DNA of 64,000 bases from an uncultured Lentisphaerales bacterium (GTDB taxonomy: Bacteria > Verrucomicrobiota > Lentisphaeria > JABSQK01 > UBA12247), in the NCBI GenBank assembly GCA_943788985.1, contig CALSSJ010000017.1, positions 128,001 through 192,000 on the forward strand. The letters are read 5' to 3'. Both the position numbers and the translations under genes were made by a program. Position 1 is the first letter of the stretch, and every line of letters starts with the position of its first letter. This document shows positions 20,325-29,401 of the stretch, in pieces. The notes beneath the pieces are model-generated. The model did not search any database. It saw only the letters and a list, made by a program, of their open reading frames with translations, and had not been told where the DNA came from.

Positions 20325-22091
20325 ATGTCTACGCTGCCGACTTGGAATCTTGACGATCTCTATACCTCGCCGACCGACCCGAAACTCTCGGAAGACCTGA
20401 GCCAGCTGTCAGTAGAAGCCGATGATTTCGCGGCGCAGTGGCGCGGAAAGCTAGGCCAGGATGCCGCGACTCTGCGCGCTGCGCTGGATCACTACGAGGC
20501 TTTTCAAAGAAAAGCTGCGAAGCCATCCTGCTACGCCAGCCTGCTGTTCTCGACGGACTTGAATGATCCGGAGCGCGGTGCCCTGCTGCAGAGCGTCCGC
20601 GAGGCGATCACAGCCCTGTCGGGCAAACTGGTCTTTTTTGACCTGGAACTGGCCGAACTCCCTGAGGAGCGACTCACGGAGCTGATGGCAGACGACCAGC
20701 TTGCGCCATACGGGCACTATCTAAAGACCGTGGTCGCCCAGGCAAAATACAATCTGAGCGAGCCTGAAGAGAAGATTCTGGTTGCGACCAGCCCCGTGCG
20801 TGGATCGGCTTTTGGCCGGCTGTTCTCAGAGATTCATAGCCGCGCCGTCTATCGCATGTCTGTGGATGGCGAAGAGCAGACGCTGACGCAAAGCGAGATT
20901 CTGGCCAAGGTGTACTCGAGCGATCGAGCCGAACGTGCCGCTGCAGCCGCTGCCGTCACGACCACCCTGAAGGAGCATGCTCACCCGCTTACGTTCATCT
21001 ACAATACGCTGCTGAACGAACGTCAGATCACCGACAGGCTACGCGGTATCGAACGCCCAGAGGGTGGTCGCCACCTGGCAAACGAGCTGTCCTACGAAGT
21101 CGTGGATACGATGTCTTCCGTGTGCGTAAAACACTACCCGATGGTAGCACGCTATTACGAGCTGAAGCGTCGTCTCCTGGGCCTGGAAGAACTTACCCAT
21201 GTGGACCGTTACGCCCCGATCGCCGACAGTCGCAAAGAGATCGCCTACGAAGATGCAAAGCAGCTGGTCTGTGACTCATTCCTGGCCTTCTCCCCGGAGA
21301 TGCACGAGCTGGTGTTGCCGTTCTTCGAGCAGGACTGGATTGATGCCGAATTGAAACCCGGCAAGCAGGGCGGCGCCTTCTGTGCCGGCGTGACACCTGA
21401 TCTGCATCCCTATATCCTAATGAACTACACCGGCAAGCCGCGCGACGTCACCACGCTGGCGCACGAACTGGGGCATGGCATTCATGACCGCTTGGCAGCG
21501 GGCAACCACATGCTGGACTATTACCCCGTCCTCCCGCTTGCGGAGACCGCAAGCACATTCGCCGAGATGCTGGTCTTTGAGCAGTTGAAGCAGAGTCTCA
21601 CCGACCCAGCTGAGCGCCGCGCGCTGCTGTGCGGGAAACTCGAGGATAGCTTCGCCACCATATTCCGACAGGTCGCCATGTTTCGTTTCGAGCAGCAGGC
21701 GCACGCACTGCGACGCGAGCAGGGTGAGCAAACGACCGAGGCGTATAACGCACTCTGGCAGAGCTGTATGCAGGAAATGTTCGGGGACAGCGTTAAGCTT
21801 GGCGACGAGCATGCCTGGTGGTGGCTCTATATTCCGCACATCTATCGCTCCCCGTTCTACGTCTATGCCTATGCTTTTGGGGAGTTGCTGGTCCTATCAC
21901 TCTACGCCCGTTACAAGGAGCAAGGTGCCTCATTTATCCCGTCTTTCTTCGAGCTTCTCGCGGCGGGCGGCAGCGAAAAACCAGAAGATCTTCTAAAACG
22001 ACTGGATATTGACGTTTCCGACAAAACCTTCTGGGCGGGTGGTTGCTCTGTTCTTGCGGCGACGTTAGAGGAACTAGAAGCATTGTGCTGA
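20325..22091 (+). CDS. pepF: M3B oligoendopeptidase F
   Basis: WNLDDLY, GKQGGAFC, TLAHELGHGIH (HExxH), LAETASTFAE, FYVYAYAFG. Confidence 0.95.
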   Translation: MSTLPTWNLDDLYTSPTDPKLSEDLSQLSVEADDFAAQWRGKLGQDAATLRAALDHYEAFQRKAAKPSCYASLLFSTDLNDPERGALLQSVREAITALSGKLVFFDLELAELPEERLTELMADDQLAPYGHYLKTVVAQAKYNLSEPEEKILVATSPVRGSAFGRLFSEIHSRAVYRMSVDGEEQTLTQSEILAKVYSSDRAERAAAAAAVTTTLKEHAHPLTFIYNTLLNERQITDRLRGIERPEGGRHLANELSYEVVDTMSSVCVKHYPMVARYYELKRRLLGLEELTHVDRYAPIADSRKEIAYEDAKQLVCDSFLAFSPEMHELVLPFFEQDWIDAELKPGKQGGAFCAGVTPDLHPYILMNYTGKPRDVTTLAHELGHGIHDRLAAGNHMLDYYPVLPLAETASTFAEMLVFEQLKQSLTDPAERRALLCGKLEDSFATIFRQVAMFRFEQQAHALRREQGEQTTEAYNALWQSCMQEMFGDSVKLGDEHAWWWLYIPHIYRSPFYVYAYAFGELLVLSLYARYKEQGASFIPSFFELLAAGGSEKPEDLLKRLDIDVSDKTFWAGGCSVLAATLEELEALC

Positions 22092-22094
22092 CTT

Positions 22095-23228
22095 ATGAAT
22101 TGCCCAAGTTGCCAATCTCTAATTGCTCTCAAACAGGTAGTATGCCTAAATTGTGGCTACAATACCGCAACTGGTGCCGTACCTGCGCCCCAGCAGGATG
22201 CGGTACCAGATTGGAAAGCAAAACAGGAGTCGATGCGCGCGAAAACCAGACGCCAAATCCAGATCGCCGGTCTGATTGTCGTTGTCGTTGGCGTACTTGG
22301 CGGCTTCCTGACCGTCTCCTCCTATAAAGGGATACAGGCCCCCAATCAGGCCGAGCACTACCTGACGATCGAGACCCAGCAACTCAGCCCTCTCGCCGTC
22401 AAGGTCTTCACAGAGAATCTCAGCAATCGCATCACGATTCTGAATTCGCTTTACTACGAAGAGAAGTACGCCGAGGCGGACAAGGAAATCGCCACAATCA
22501 TGCAGCTGTTCGCACGCCTCAAGAAGGATGGCTATGAGGCAGCTGAGGCCCATGGCTACCCGACGGTCAGGCTGTGGCTAGAGGCCGAGGAGCACCGCAT
22601 GAAGCAAGCTCTCACAAAGCGTTACGACGAACTGGTCAAGCCCTTGGCCGACTACAAGACCCATGACCGGAAGGATATCGATTCTTTCATATCTAGTGTG
22701 GGTCGGCACTGGGAGATGCAGCAGCGTTTTGAACGCGACTCGCCCCGCATCGACCGGTCAAGGGCAAAACATGTCAGCGGGCATTTTCGCCTGGCCTACG
22801 AAGGGGAGGAGTCTCCCTGTTTCGGAGCGGGCAGCAAAGATCAGACGCGCAGAACGATCATGGAGCCGCTCGAACGGAACATCGGAAAACTGGCTGCGCT
22901 TCCTAGATTGCGCCACCTTCCCTTCGGCCCGATAGAAGAACGGGCAACGTCAGTGTCACTCATTGTTACGCTACGAATGGTCGATGCCGAGAACTCAAAG
23001 CTCTCTTGTCGATTCCACAGCCATATCCATGAGAAGACGAATTGGCCCGGCAAGTATCGGAACGGGTGGAATGCAAAATGGGTAGGTTATGCCTCTGACT
23101 TCAAGAAAAACGAAGACGGCGAGCGCAGCGCCTTCGGCTGGACTGGTGGAGACGAGGTCTACCATCACAAAACCTCTCTGATGGCAGAGGAACTAGAAAA
23201 AGCGTTTCCCCATTTCGTGGCATACTGA
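22095..23228 (+). CDS. Hypothetical protein: N-terminal zinc ribbon, one TM, extracytoplasmic domain
   Basis: CPSC...CLNCGYN; TM IAGLIVVVVGVLGGFLTV. Confidence 0.75.
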   Translation: MNCPSCQSLIALKQVVCLNCGYNTATGAVPAPQQDAVPDWKAKQESMRAKTRRQIQIAGLIVVVVGVLGGFLTVSSYKGIQAPNQAEHYLTIETQQLSPLAVKVFTENLSNRITILNSLYYEEKYAEADKEIATIMQLFARLKKDGYEAAEAHGYPTVRLWLEAEEHRMKQALTKRYDELVKPLADYKTHDRKDIDSFISSVGRHWEMQQRFERDSPRIDRSRAKHVSGHFRLAYEGEESPCFGAGSKDQTRRTIMEPLERNIGKLAALPRLRHLPFGPIEERATSVSLIVTLRMVDAENSKLSCRFHSHIHEKTNWPGKYRNGWNAKWVGYASDFKKNEDGERSAFGWTGGDEVYHHKTSLMAEELEKAFPHFVAY

Positions 23229-23229
23229 A

Positions 23230-23772
23230 ATAGCCGAGGCCCTCGCGGCCGCCCCCTACGCAGCAAGCTACTGCGAGGAGAATGCCTGGCACCAGTTGTC
23301 TCGACTGCCCGACGCATCGTATTGGGCGGTGATCGTCAGCAACACCGGTCGTTGTATCCCCTATTTTGCACAGCGCAGCGCAGCCGTCGGTGATCCGGTT
23401 TTCTGGGACTACCACGTCTGGCTCCTGGCTGAGCACGAGGACGAGCTTTATGCGTTGGATCTGGACAGTCGGTTGCCCACGCCAACGCCGCTGACGCTGT
23501 ATCTGGACGCCAGCTTTCCGGAGTATCCAACCTGGCCAAAAGCGTACTGGCCGTGGTTCCGTCCCATCCGGCGTGATCAGTATCTCGCGGAGTTCGCAAG
23601 TGACAGGCGCCACATGCGTGATGGCGAGCGCTGGCACGCCCCTCCCCCACCTTGGCCCTGCATCGGCAACGGACATATCCTCGATGCCTGGCGAGAAATC
23701 CCAGGCGTTGCGCTCCCTGGCAAGGTCCTCACGGTGGACGAATTGATCGAATATCTAACAGCCAGCAGGTAA
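23230..23772 (+). CDS. Protein N-terminal glutamine amidohydrolase (NTAQ1/WDYHV1 family); start codon non-canonical or disrupted
   Basis: YCEEN (23269-23283, upstream of the ORF-track start), WDYHV, LDLDS, FASDRRHM, PPPPWPCI. Confidence 0.88.
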   Translation: MAEALAAAPYAASYCEENAWHQLSRLPDASYWAVIVSNTGRCIPYFAQRSAAVGDPVFWDYHVWLLAEHEDELYALDLDSRLPTPTPLTLYLDASFPEYPTWPKAYWPWFRPIRRDQYLAEFASDRRHMRDGERWHAPPPPWPCIGNGHILDAWREIPGVALPGKVLTVDELIEYLTASR

Positions 23773-23866
23773 TTTCGAATGTCCAAGGAAAGACGAACCA
23801 CACGGAAGTCGCAATCTTGATTCCAATGTTAACTGGAAATTCCATGTTGGCTGTTGGATATTCAAT
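23746..23866. repeat. Dispersed repeat family A, two-armed inverted-repeat element (REPIN/MITE-like)
   Basis: Left arm ATCGAATATCTAACAGCCAGCAGGTAATTTCGAATG against the reverse complement of the right arm ATTGAATATCCAACAGCCAACATGGAATTTCCAGTT: about 28/36. Confidence 0.7.
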
Positions 23867-23947
23867 GACTCCGAGGTCTGGCTCGCAGTTTTTATATGGA
23901 ATAGTAGGGTTCCGCTCTTCCTGCCCCGCCAACCGTCACGGCACCGC

Positions 23948-25357
23948 ATGACCACATACATCATTCGCAGACTCTTGCTGATGATTCCAACGTTGATTGG
24001 CATCCTCACCATTACGTTCTTGATCTCGGAGTTCGTCCCCGGGGGCCCCATGGACCAGGTTCAGGCGATTCTGCAAGGTCACGATGGCCAGAGCGGCGGC
24101 GAAGTATCCAGCGGTGGCGATGCCAAACGCAAACGAGTGGACCCCTATCTCGAGGCACGGCTCCGCCGACTTTACGGCGTAAACATCCCACGCTGGGAGC
24201 GCTATCTACGACTCTTGGTCTGGTTCGGCCGGGACAGCATCGTCAGTGACGAGGAAGTCGCCGCGGGCACCGCGGCCAAGTTCGTCGCCAATGGCAGAAA
24301 CTGCATCGTCGCCCGGCATCACGACACCTTTTATGCCTGCGTAAATCGCTGGCAGAACAGCGAGTTATCATTCTGTGCAGAAACCGGCCGCTGGCTGAGC
24401 GTAGAACACGACGAGACCTTCGACCCGATTACCGGGCAGCCAACCCTAAGCAGCGGCGAGCCATTGACCGTGCTTCAAGTTGAAGTGCGCGACCGCGGGA
24501 GCGGCCGTGAGGTGTTTCTGAATCAGCCGTTCGCGGAGAGCATCACAAACTGGAGCAACTGGCACGGCTTCTTTCTGTTAAAATTCGGGCAGTCCATCTA
24601 CTACAATAAAAACGTTCTGGAGCTGGTAAAGGAGTGCCTTCCGGTATCGGCCAGTCTGGGGATCATCAGTTTCTTCCTGACCTACACCGTGTGCCTGCTG
24701 CTCGGCCTGGCGAAAGCTGCCCGCCACGGCACCAAGTTCGACCTTACCTCCAGCGCAGTGGTTCTGGTGGGCTACAGCATTCCAGGCTTTGTCCTGGGCG
24801 TCTTGCTCCTAGTCTTATTTGGCCCAGGCGACGGACGCATCGTCGAGGTCATCCCGCTGGCTGGTCTGAACAGCGCAGAGGTGCCCGGCTACGCAGGCTG
24901 GTCCGCCTGGCAGAAACTTCTGGATTACGCCCACCACCTGATCGCCCCCGTGCTCTGCCTGTGCATCGGGAACTTCGCCACCATGACCATGCTCACCAAG
25001 AACAGCGTTCTGGACCAGATTCATCAACAATACGTGATCACAGCTCGCGCCAAGGGCCTGAGCGAACGCAAGATCCTGTTCAAGCACATTCTGCGCAATG
25101 CCCTGATCCCGCTCATCACTGGCTTTCCAAGCGCATTCTTAGGCATGTTCTTTGCCGGTTCACTGCTCATCGAGAAGGTATTCTCCCTCAACGGCCTCGG
25201 CCTGCTAAGCTACGAAGCCGTCATTAACCGCGACTTCCCAATCGTGCTCGGAAGCCTGTTTATCTTTACCATCCTTGGCCTGATCGGGCAGCTGCTGACT
25301 GACCTTTCCTATGTGATTGTCGATCCCAGAATCAGCTTTGAGGAGAGTCAGGGCTGA
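23948..25357 (+). CDS. yejB: Peptide/microcin C ABC permease, YejB-like, with a large insertion
   Basis: YIIRRLLLMIPTLIGILTITF..FVPGGP, LTKNS.LD....YVITARAKGL, FFAGSLLIE, VDPRISFE. Confidence 0.88.
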   Translation: MTTYIIRRLLLMIPTLIGILTITFLISEFVPGGPMDQVQAILQGHDGQSGGEVSSGGDAKRKRVDPYLEARLRRLYGVNIPRWERYLRLLVWFGRDSIVSDEEVAAGTAAKFVANGRNCIVARHHDTFYACVNRWQNSELSFCAETGRWLSVEHDETFDPITGQPTLSSGEPLTVLQVEVRDRGSGREVFLNQPFAESITNWSNWHGFFLLKFGQSIYYNKNVLELVKECLPVSASLGIISFFLTYTVCLLLGLAKAARHGTKFDLTSSAVVLVGYSIPGFVLGVLLLVLFGPGDGRIVEVIPLAGLNSAEVPGYAGWSAWQKLLDYAHHLIAPVLCLCIGNFATMTMLTKNSVLDQIHQQYVITARAKGLSERKILFKHILRNALIPLITGFPSAFLGMFFAGSLLIEKVFSLNGLGLLSYEAVINRDFPIVLGSLFIFTILGLIGQLLTDLSYVIVDPRISFEESQG

Positions 25358-26598
25358 TGATCAACCCAGAACTCCATGCCTCGATCCAGCGGTTTCGGTC
25401 CAATCGGATTGCTTGGTACAGCTCACTGATCCTCACGGCCATGTTTTTGTGCAGCCTCCCCGCCGAGCTGATCTTTAATGACAAACCGCTGGCGATGCAA
25501 ATCGACGGTGCTTGGTACTTCCCATGCGTCAAAAGCTACTCTCTCGCCGACTTCGGCGGCGATGGCGAGATCAAGATCGAGGACTATCAAAGCCGTGAGC
25601 TGATCGACTTTCTGAACGGGGTCATTCGCGAGCAGGACCTGGAGTCGGTCTTCGGCAGCAGCGATGAGTTTGATGATGAATTCAGTGATGAGTTCAGTGA
25701 TGAACTGGAAGCACCGCCTGCCGACGATGCGACGGCGGAGGCCGCTCCGGAAGCAGCTAAGCACAGCCATCGTTTCATCTGGCCGCTTTATCGCCACAGC
25801 TATCGGTCTGAAATGCGGGAGCCCAAGTCCGGCCGCGCCAAGCTGGCCGCGCCGTGGCCCGAATACGTAGAATACGAGAAGCGTACCTACGAAAGCAGCC
25901 ATCGGGACGGCCAGTTGCTCGGCACAGATGCTCAGGGTAAGGATGTACTCTCACGCATCGTCTACGGCTTCCGCATCGCCATGTTCTTCGGGCTTGGACT
26001 CGCGATTACCGGTACTGTGCTCGGCTGCCTGATCGGCGGCATCCAAGGCTATTTCGGCGGCTGGGTCGACCTGCTTGGCCAGCGAGTCACCGAGATTTGG
26101 GGCTCAATGCCACGGCTCTATCTGCTTATTATCCTCAGCTCGTTTCTGGCCCGCTGGCAGATTACCGACCTGCAACACCTGCTGGTGCTGTTCGGCATCC
26201 TCAATCTCACGGCTTGGATGGGCACCGCCACCTATATCCGCGCTGAGTTTCTCAAGGCTCGTAACCTCGACTACGTGCGCGCAGCCAAGGCTCTCGGGCA
26301 ACCAGATTGGCGGATCATGCTGCGCCATATTCTACCAAATTCTCTGACACCAGTGGTGACCTTCTTTCCATTCGAGGCAACCGGCGGCATTCTCGCCCTG
26401 ACCAGCCTGGATTTCCTGCAACTGGGCGTTCGCTACCCGGCTCCGAGCCTCGGTGAGCTTCTCAGCCAGGGCCAGGAAAACCTGCATGCCATCTGGATTA
26501 TTGTGCCCACCTTTCTCATCCTGACGGTCGCCTTGATGCTGCTGACCTTTGTCGGCGACGGAATCCGAAACGCCTTCGACCCGCACCACCATGGCTGA
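25357..26598 (+). CDS. yejE: Peptide ABC permease, YejE-like
   Basis: RFRSNRIAW..SLPAELIFNDKP, LGTDAQGKDVLSRIVYGFRI, RAEFLKARNLDYVRAAKALG, ILPN. Confidence 0.88.
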   Translation: MINPELHASIQRFRSNRIAWYSSLILTAMFLCSLPAELIFNDKPLAMQIDGAWYFPCVKSYSLADFGGDGEIKIEDYQSRELIDFLNGVIREQDLESVFGSSDEFDDEFSDEFSDELEAPPADDATAEAAPEAAKHSHRFIWPLYRHSYRSEMREPKSGRAKLAAPWPEYVEYEKRTYESSHRDGQLLGTDAQGKDVLSRIVYGFRIAMFFGLGLAITGTVLGCLIGGIQGYFGGWVDLLGQRVTEIWGSMPRLYLLIILSSFLARWQITDLQHLLVLFGILNLTAWMGTATYIRAEFLKARNLDYVRAAKALGQPDWRIMLRHILPNSLTPVVTFFPFEATGGILALTSLDFLQLGVRYPAPSLGELLSQGQENLHAIWIIVPTFLILTVALMLLTFVGDGIRNAFDPHHHG

Positions 26599-28138
26599 AG
26601 CTGCCCGGTTCCGTACGCTGATTGCGATCGGGCTGCTGCTCACGGTCACCATCCTGTGCTTTGGCCAGGCGCTCGGTTTTCCCTACACCAATTGGGATGA
26701 TCTGCAATTCATCACCACCAATCCCGCAATCCGCCAAGATCAGGCCATGGCTCTATTCAGGATCGACAGCGTGCAGGGCGAGCGACTCTACATCCCGCTC
26801 ACCTATCTCAGCTACTGGCTGGAGCGCTGGCTCGGCGGACCGGACGCGATCACAACGCACTTGCTGAATCTGCTGCTGCACCTTTCGAATGTGCTTCTGG
26901 TCTTCGCGCTTCTCACCAAGCTTCAGACTGGGACGCGGTCGGTTGTGGCGGCGTGCCTGGGGGCGGCAGTCTTCGCCATCCATCCGTTGCAGGCCGAGGC
27001 CGTCTGTTGGGCCATGGGCCGCAAGGACCTGCTGAGCGGTCTATTTGCCCTATCGGGCTTACTGCTGTTTGTGTGCGGAGTTCGCAAAGAGCGAGCCTTG
27101 CTCTGCTGGCTGGCTGTGATTGCCTTCGCCTTCGGCTGCCTGGCGAAGCCTAGCATCATCGTGCTGCCAGCGGTCTTTGCGCTGCTAGCCTGGCACCTCA
27201 AGGGCCGGCCTCGCACGGTCCTGCTCCCACTCGGTGCTGGCTGCATCGTGGCAATTGCGATCTTCGCAATCTCCCGCGTTCTGCCCACCGAAGGTGCGCC
27301 GGAGCTGCCGCCGCTCGCAGAGCGCCTGCGGCTGCTTCCTGCGTTGGCCTGGCACTGGGCCAGCCACCTGCTGGTCCCGATCCGGTTGAGCTCGTTCTAT
27401 ACGCTCACTGCCCCGACCTGGCGCGTGATTGCGGGGCTGGGCGCGGTCTGCGCCGTGCTTCTTGTCCTGTGGAAGGGCGGCCGCTCGCTGCGCACCGGGC
27501 TGGGAGTTACAGCCATCCTCCTGGTACCAGCTGCAGTGATCGTCCTGCAACACCGTGACTTCCTCACCGGCGATCGCTACGGCTACCTCGCGGTCATCGG
27601 TCTGGGGTTCCTGATCAGCGAGGCTGCCCGCAGCCGCCGCACGCAGTGGCTATGTGGGACTGGGGGCCTGGTCCTGGCAATTCTCACCGTCCCAGCCGTC
27701 CAGACCTGGTCTAACGACCGCGCGGTCTGGCAAAGCGCACTTCGCTACGACACGACCAACCCTGTCGCCTGGAACAACCTCGGACTCTCACACAGACACG
27801 CTGGCAACCATCCCGAAGCGCTTCGTTGCTTCGAGCAAGGCCTCGCGCACGCCCCCGACAACCACACCTTGCGCACCAATCAGGGCGATACGCTATTCGC
27901 GCTGGGACGGGAAGACGACGCCCTAGCAGCGTTCTTACGTGTGGCGAGCCGACACCTGTGGAGCTTTCAAGCGCTTGCCGGTGCTGGCCGGGTATTTGAG
28001 AGTCGCGGAGAATGGGACAAAGCAGAGCAGGCCTATCGCCGCGCGCTTGGCGGCAATCGCGACTACACACCTGCAAAGCAAGGCCTGGAGCGAGTACTGG
28101 ACCAGCGGCGGGCCGAAGCTACGAAGCAAGAGAAATGA
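26591..28138 (+). CDS. TMTC-like GT-C membrane glycosyltransferase with C-terminal TPRs
   Basis: NWDD..I..NP, YIPLTYLSY, HLLNLLLHLSN, FAIHPLQAEAVCW..RKD, LAKP, DRYGY, TPR (AWNNLG). Confidence 0.85.
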   Translation: MAEAARFRTLIAIGLLLTVTILCFGQALGFPYTNWDDLQFITTNPAIRQDQAMALFRIDSVQGERLYIPLTYLSYWLERWLGGPDAITTHLLNLLLHLSNVLLVFALLTKLQTGTRSVVAACLGAAVFAIHPLQAEAVCWAMGRKDLLSGLFALSGLLLFVCGVRKERALLCWLAVIAFAFGCLAKPSIIVLPAVFALLAWHLKGRPRTVLLPLGAGCIVAIAIFAISRVLPTEGAPELPPLAERLRLLPALAWHWASHLLVPIRLSSFYTLTAPTWRVIAGLGAVCAVLLVLWKGGRSLRTGLGVTAILLVPAAVIVLQHRDFLTGDRYGYLAVIGLGFLISEAARSRRTQWLCGTGGLVLAILTVPAVQTWSNDRAVWQSALRYDTTNPVAWNNLGLSHRHAGNHPEALRCFEQGLAHAPDNHTLRTNQGDTLFALGREDDALAAFLRVASRHLWSFQALAGAGRVFESRGEWDKAEQAYRRALGGNRDYTPAKQGLERVLDQRRAEATKQEK

Positions 28139-28244
28139 TGCCCGCCCCTGTCGCTTGTTGGTACAGTGTGTTTTTGGATGAGCGACTCATCACTCGCGTC
28201 TCGCGGTGGCGGCGTCATCCGGAGAGTCAGCGCGGCATGGCGTC

Positions 28245-28272
28245 GTCGGGAGCCACGGCGTCACCAAGTCCT
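28245..28272 (+). repeat. Dispersed repeat family B, copy 2
   Basis: GTCGGGAGCCACGGCGTCACCAAGTCCT, 23/28 identical to 40352-40379. Confidence 0.65.
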
Positions 28273-28307
28273 ATCCCATTACACCGCGGGCAAGGCCTAA
28301 ATGCCGA

Positions 28308-28335
28308 TTGCCAATCACTGCACTAGTACTATGAT
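28308..28335 (+). promoter_or_regulatory. Candidate sigma70 promoter of the ABC operon
   Basis: TTGCCA-16 nt-TATGAT, 33 bp upstream of ATG 28369. Confidence 0.4.
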
Positions 28336-28368
28336 ATCCCCCCGTCGCACCTCCACAGAGCCTAGCCT

Positions 28369-29394
28369 ATGCCCAAGATTCAGAATCAGATCAAACTTCC
28401 CATTTCGGTCGCTTTGGAAGTCGTGCTTCAAGGCTTGCGTATTCGGCTCGGTCGAAGCGTAGTCACGATCACCGGCGTGATCTGCGGCATCGCCTTCCTG
28501 ATGTCCATCCTTACCGGGCAGCTCATCAAGCAAGGCGTCAGCGAAGAAGATGCCAAGCGCGCAGAAGTCGATCGCATCAATAACTTCATGAAGGCCGATC
28601 TCCCGACGCTCGACGGCAAAAACATCACGCTCATCGCCGCTGGCATGCTCAGCGAGGTCGAAACCCGCGTGCTCGAGCGCATCATCGCCGACGGCGCCGC
28701 CGGGATTAAAGTCGAATCCGGCACCGAATCACAGATTCCCCGCAAGCTCACCGCCTTGCGCCCGGTACCCCGAGACCAGCTCATCGCCGAAAGTGCCTTT
28801 GTCCTCGTCATGGGCGGCGACACGCTACCCGACCGCGACTGGCGCGTCCTCCTCGGGCAGACGCCGTTGGCCCTCACCACCCCAGGCGGCAGTCCCGCCG
28901 GCATGCTCGACGGTCAGTTCGTCAAGCTATCCCGCGAGCTCACCGAAGAGGAGCTCGCCCGCAGAGCAGCCCAGGCCCGCAAAGACAAATTTCGCAGCAT
29001 CTGGATCGGCGCCGTTGCGCTGCTCGTGACCGTGATCGGCATCACCAACGCCATGCTCATGTCCGTCACCGAGCGATTCCGCGAAATCGGCACCATGAAG
29101 TGCCTCGGCGCACTCTCTGCATTTATCCGCCAGATCTTTCTTTTGGAGAGTTCCATGATGGGCCTTTCCGGCGGCATCGTCGGCGCCATTGTCGGTGCCC
29201 TGTTCTCCATCATCGCCTACGCCCTCAGCTACGGAATCTCCATGGTCGCTGGCTCACTGCCACTGGTGCCGCTCTTTGGCTTCGGCATCGTCTGCGTAAT
29301 TGTCGGCATTGTTCTTTCAGTCGTTGCCGCCCTGTATCCCGCCCATGTCGCCTCGAACATGGTCCCCGCGCACGCCCTGCGTTCAAACGTCTAA
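28369..29394 (+). CDS. FtsX-like ABC permease
   Basis: RLGRSVVT..GIAFLMS, GITNAMLMSVTERFREIGTMKCLGA, YPAHVASNMVPAHALR. Confidence 0.9.
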   Translation: MPKIQNQIKLPISVALEVVLQGLRIRLGRSVVTITGVICGIAFLMSILTGQLIKQGVSEEDAKRAEVDRINNFMKADLPTLDGKNITLIAAGMLSEVETRVLERIIADGAAGIKVESGTESQIPRKLTALRPVPRDQLIAESAFVLVMGGDTLPDRDWRVLLGQTPLALTTPGGSPAGMLDGQFVKLSRELTEEELARRAAQARKDKFRSIWIGAVALLVTVIGITNAMLMSVTERFREIGTMKCLGALSAFIRQIFLLESSMMGLSGGIVGAIVGALFSIIAYALSYGISMVAGSLPLVPLFGFGIVCVIVGIVLSVVAALYPAHVASNMVPAHALRSNV

Positions 29395-29401
29395 GGCCCC
29401 C

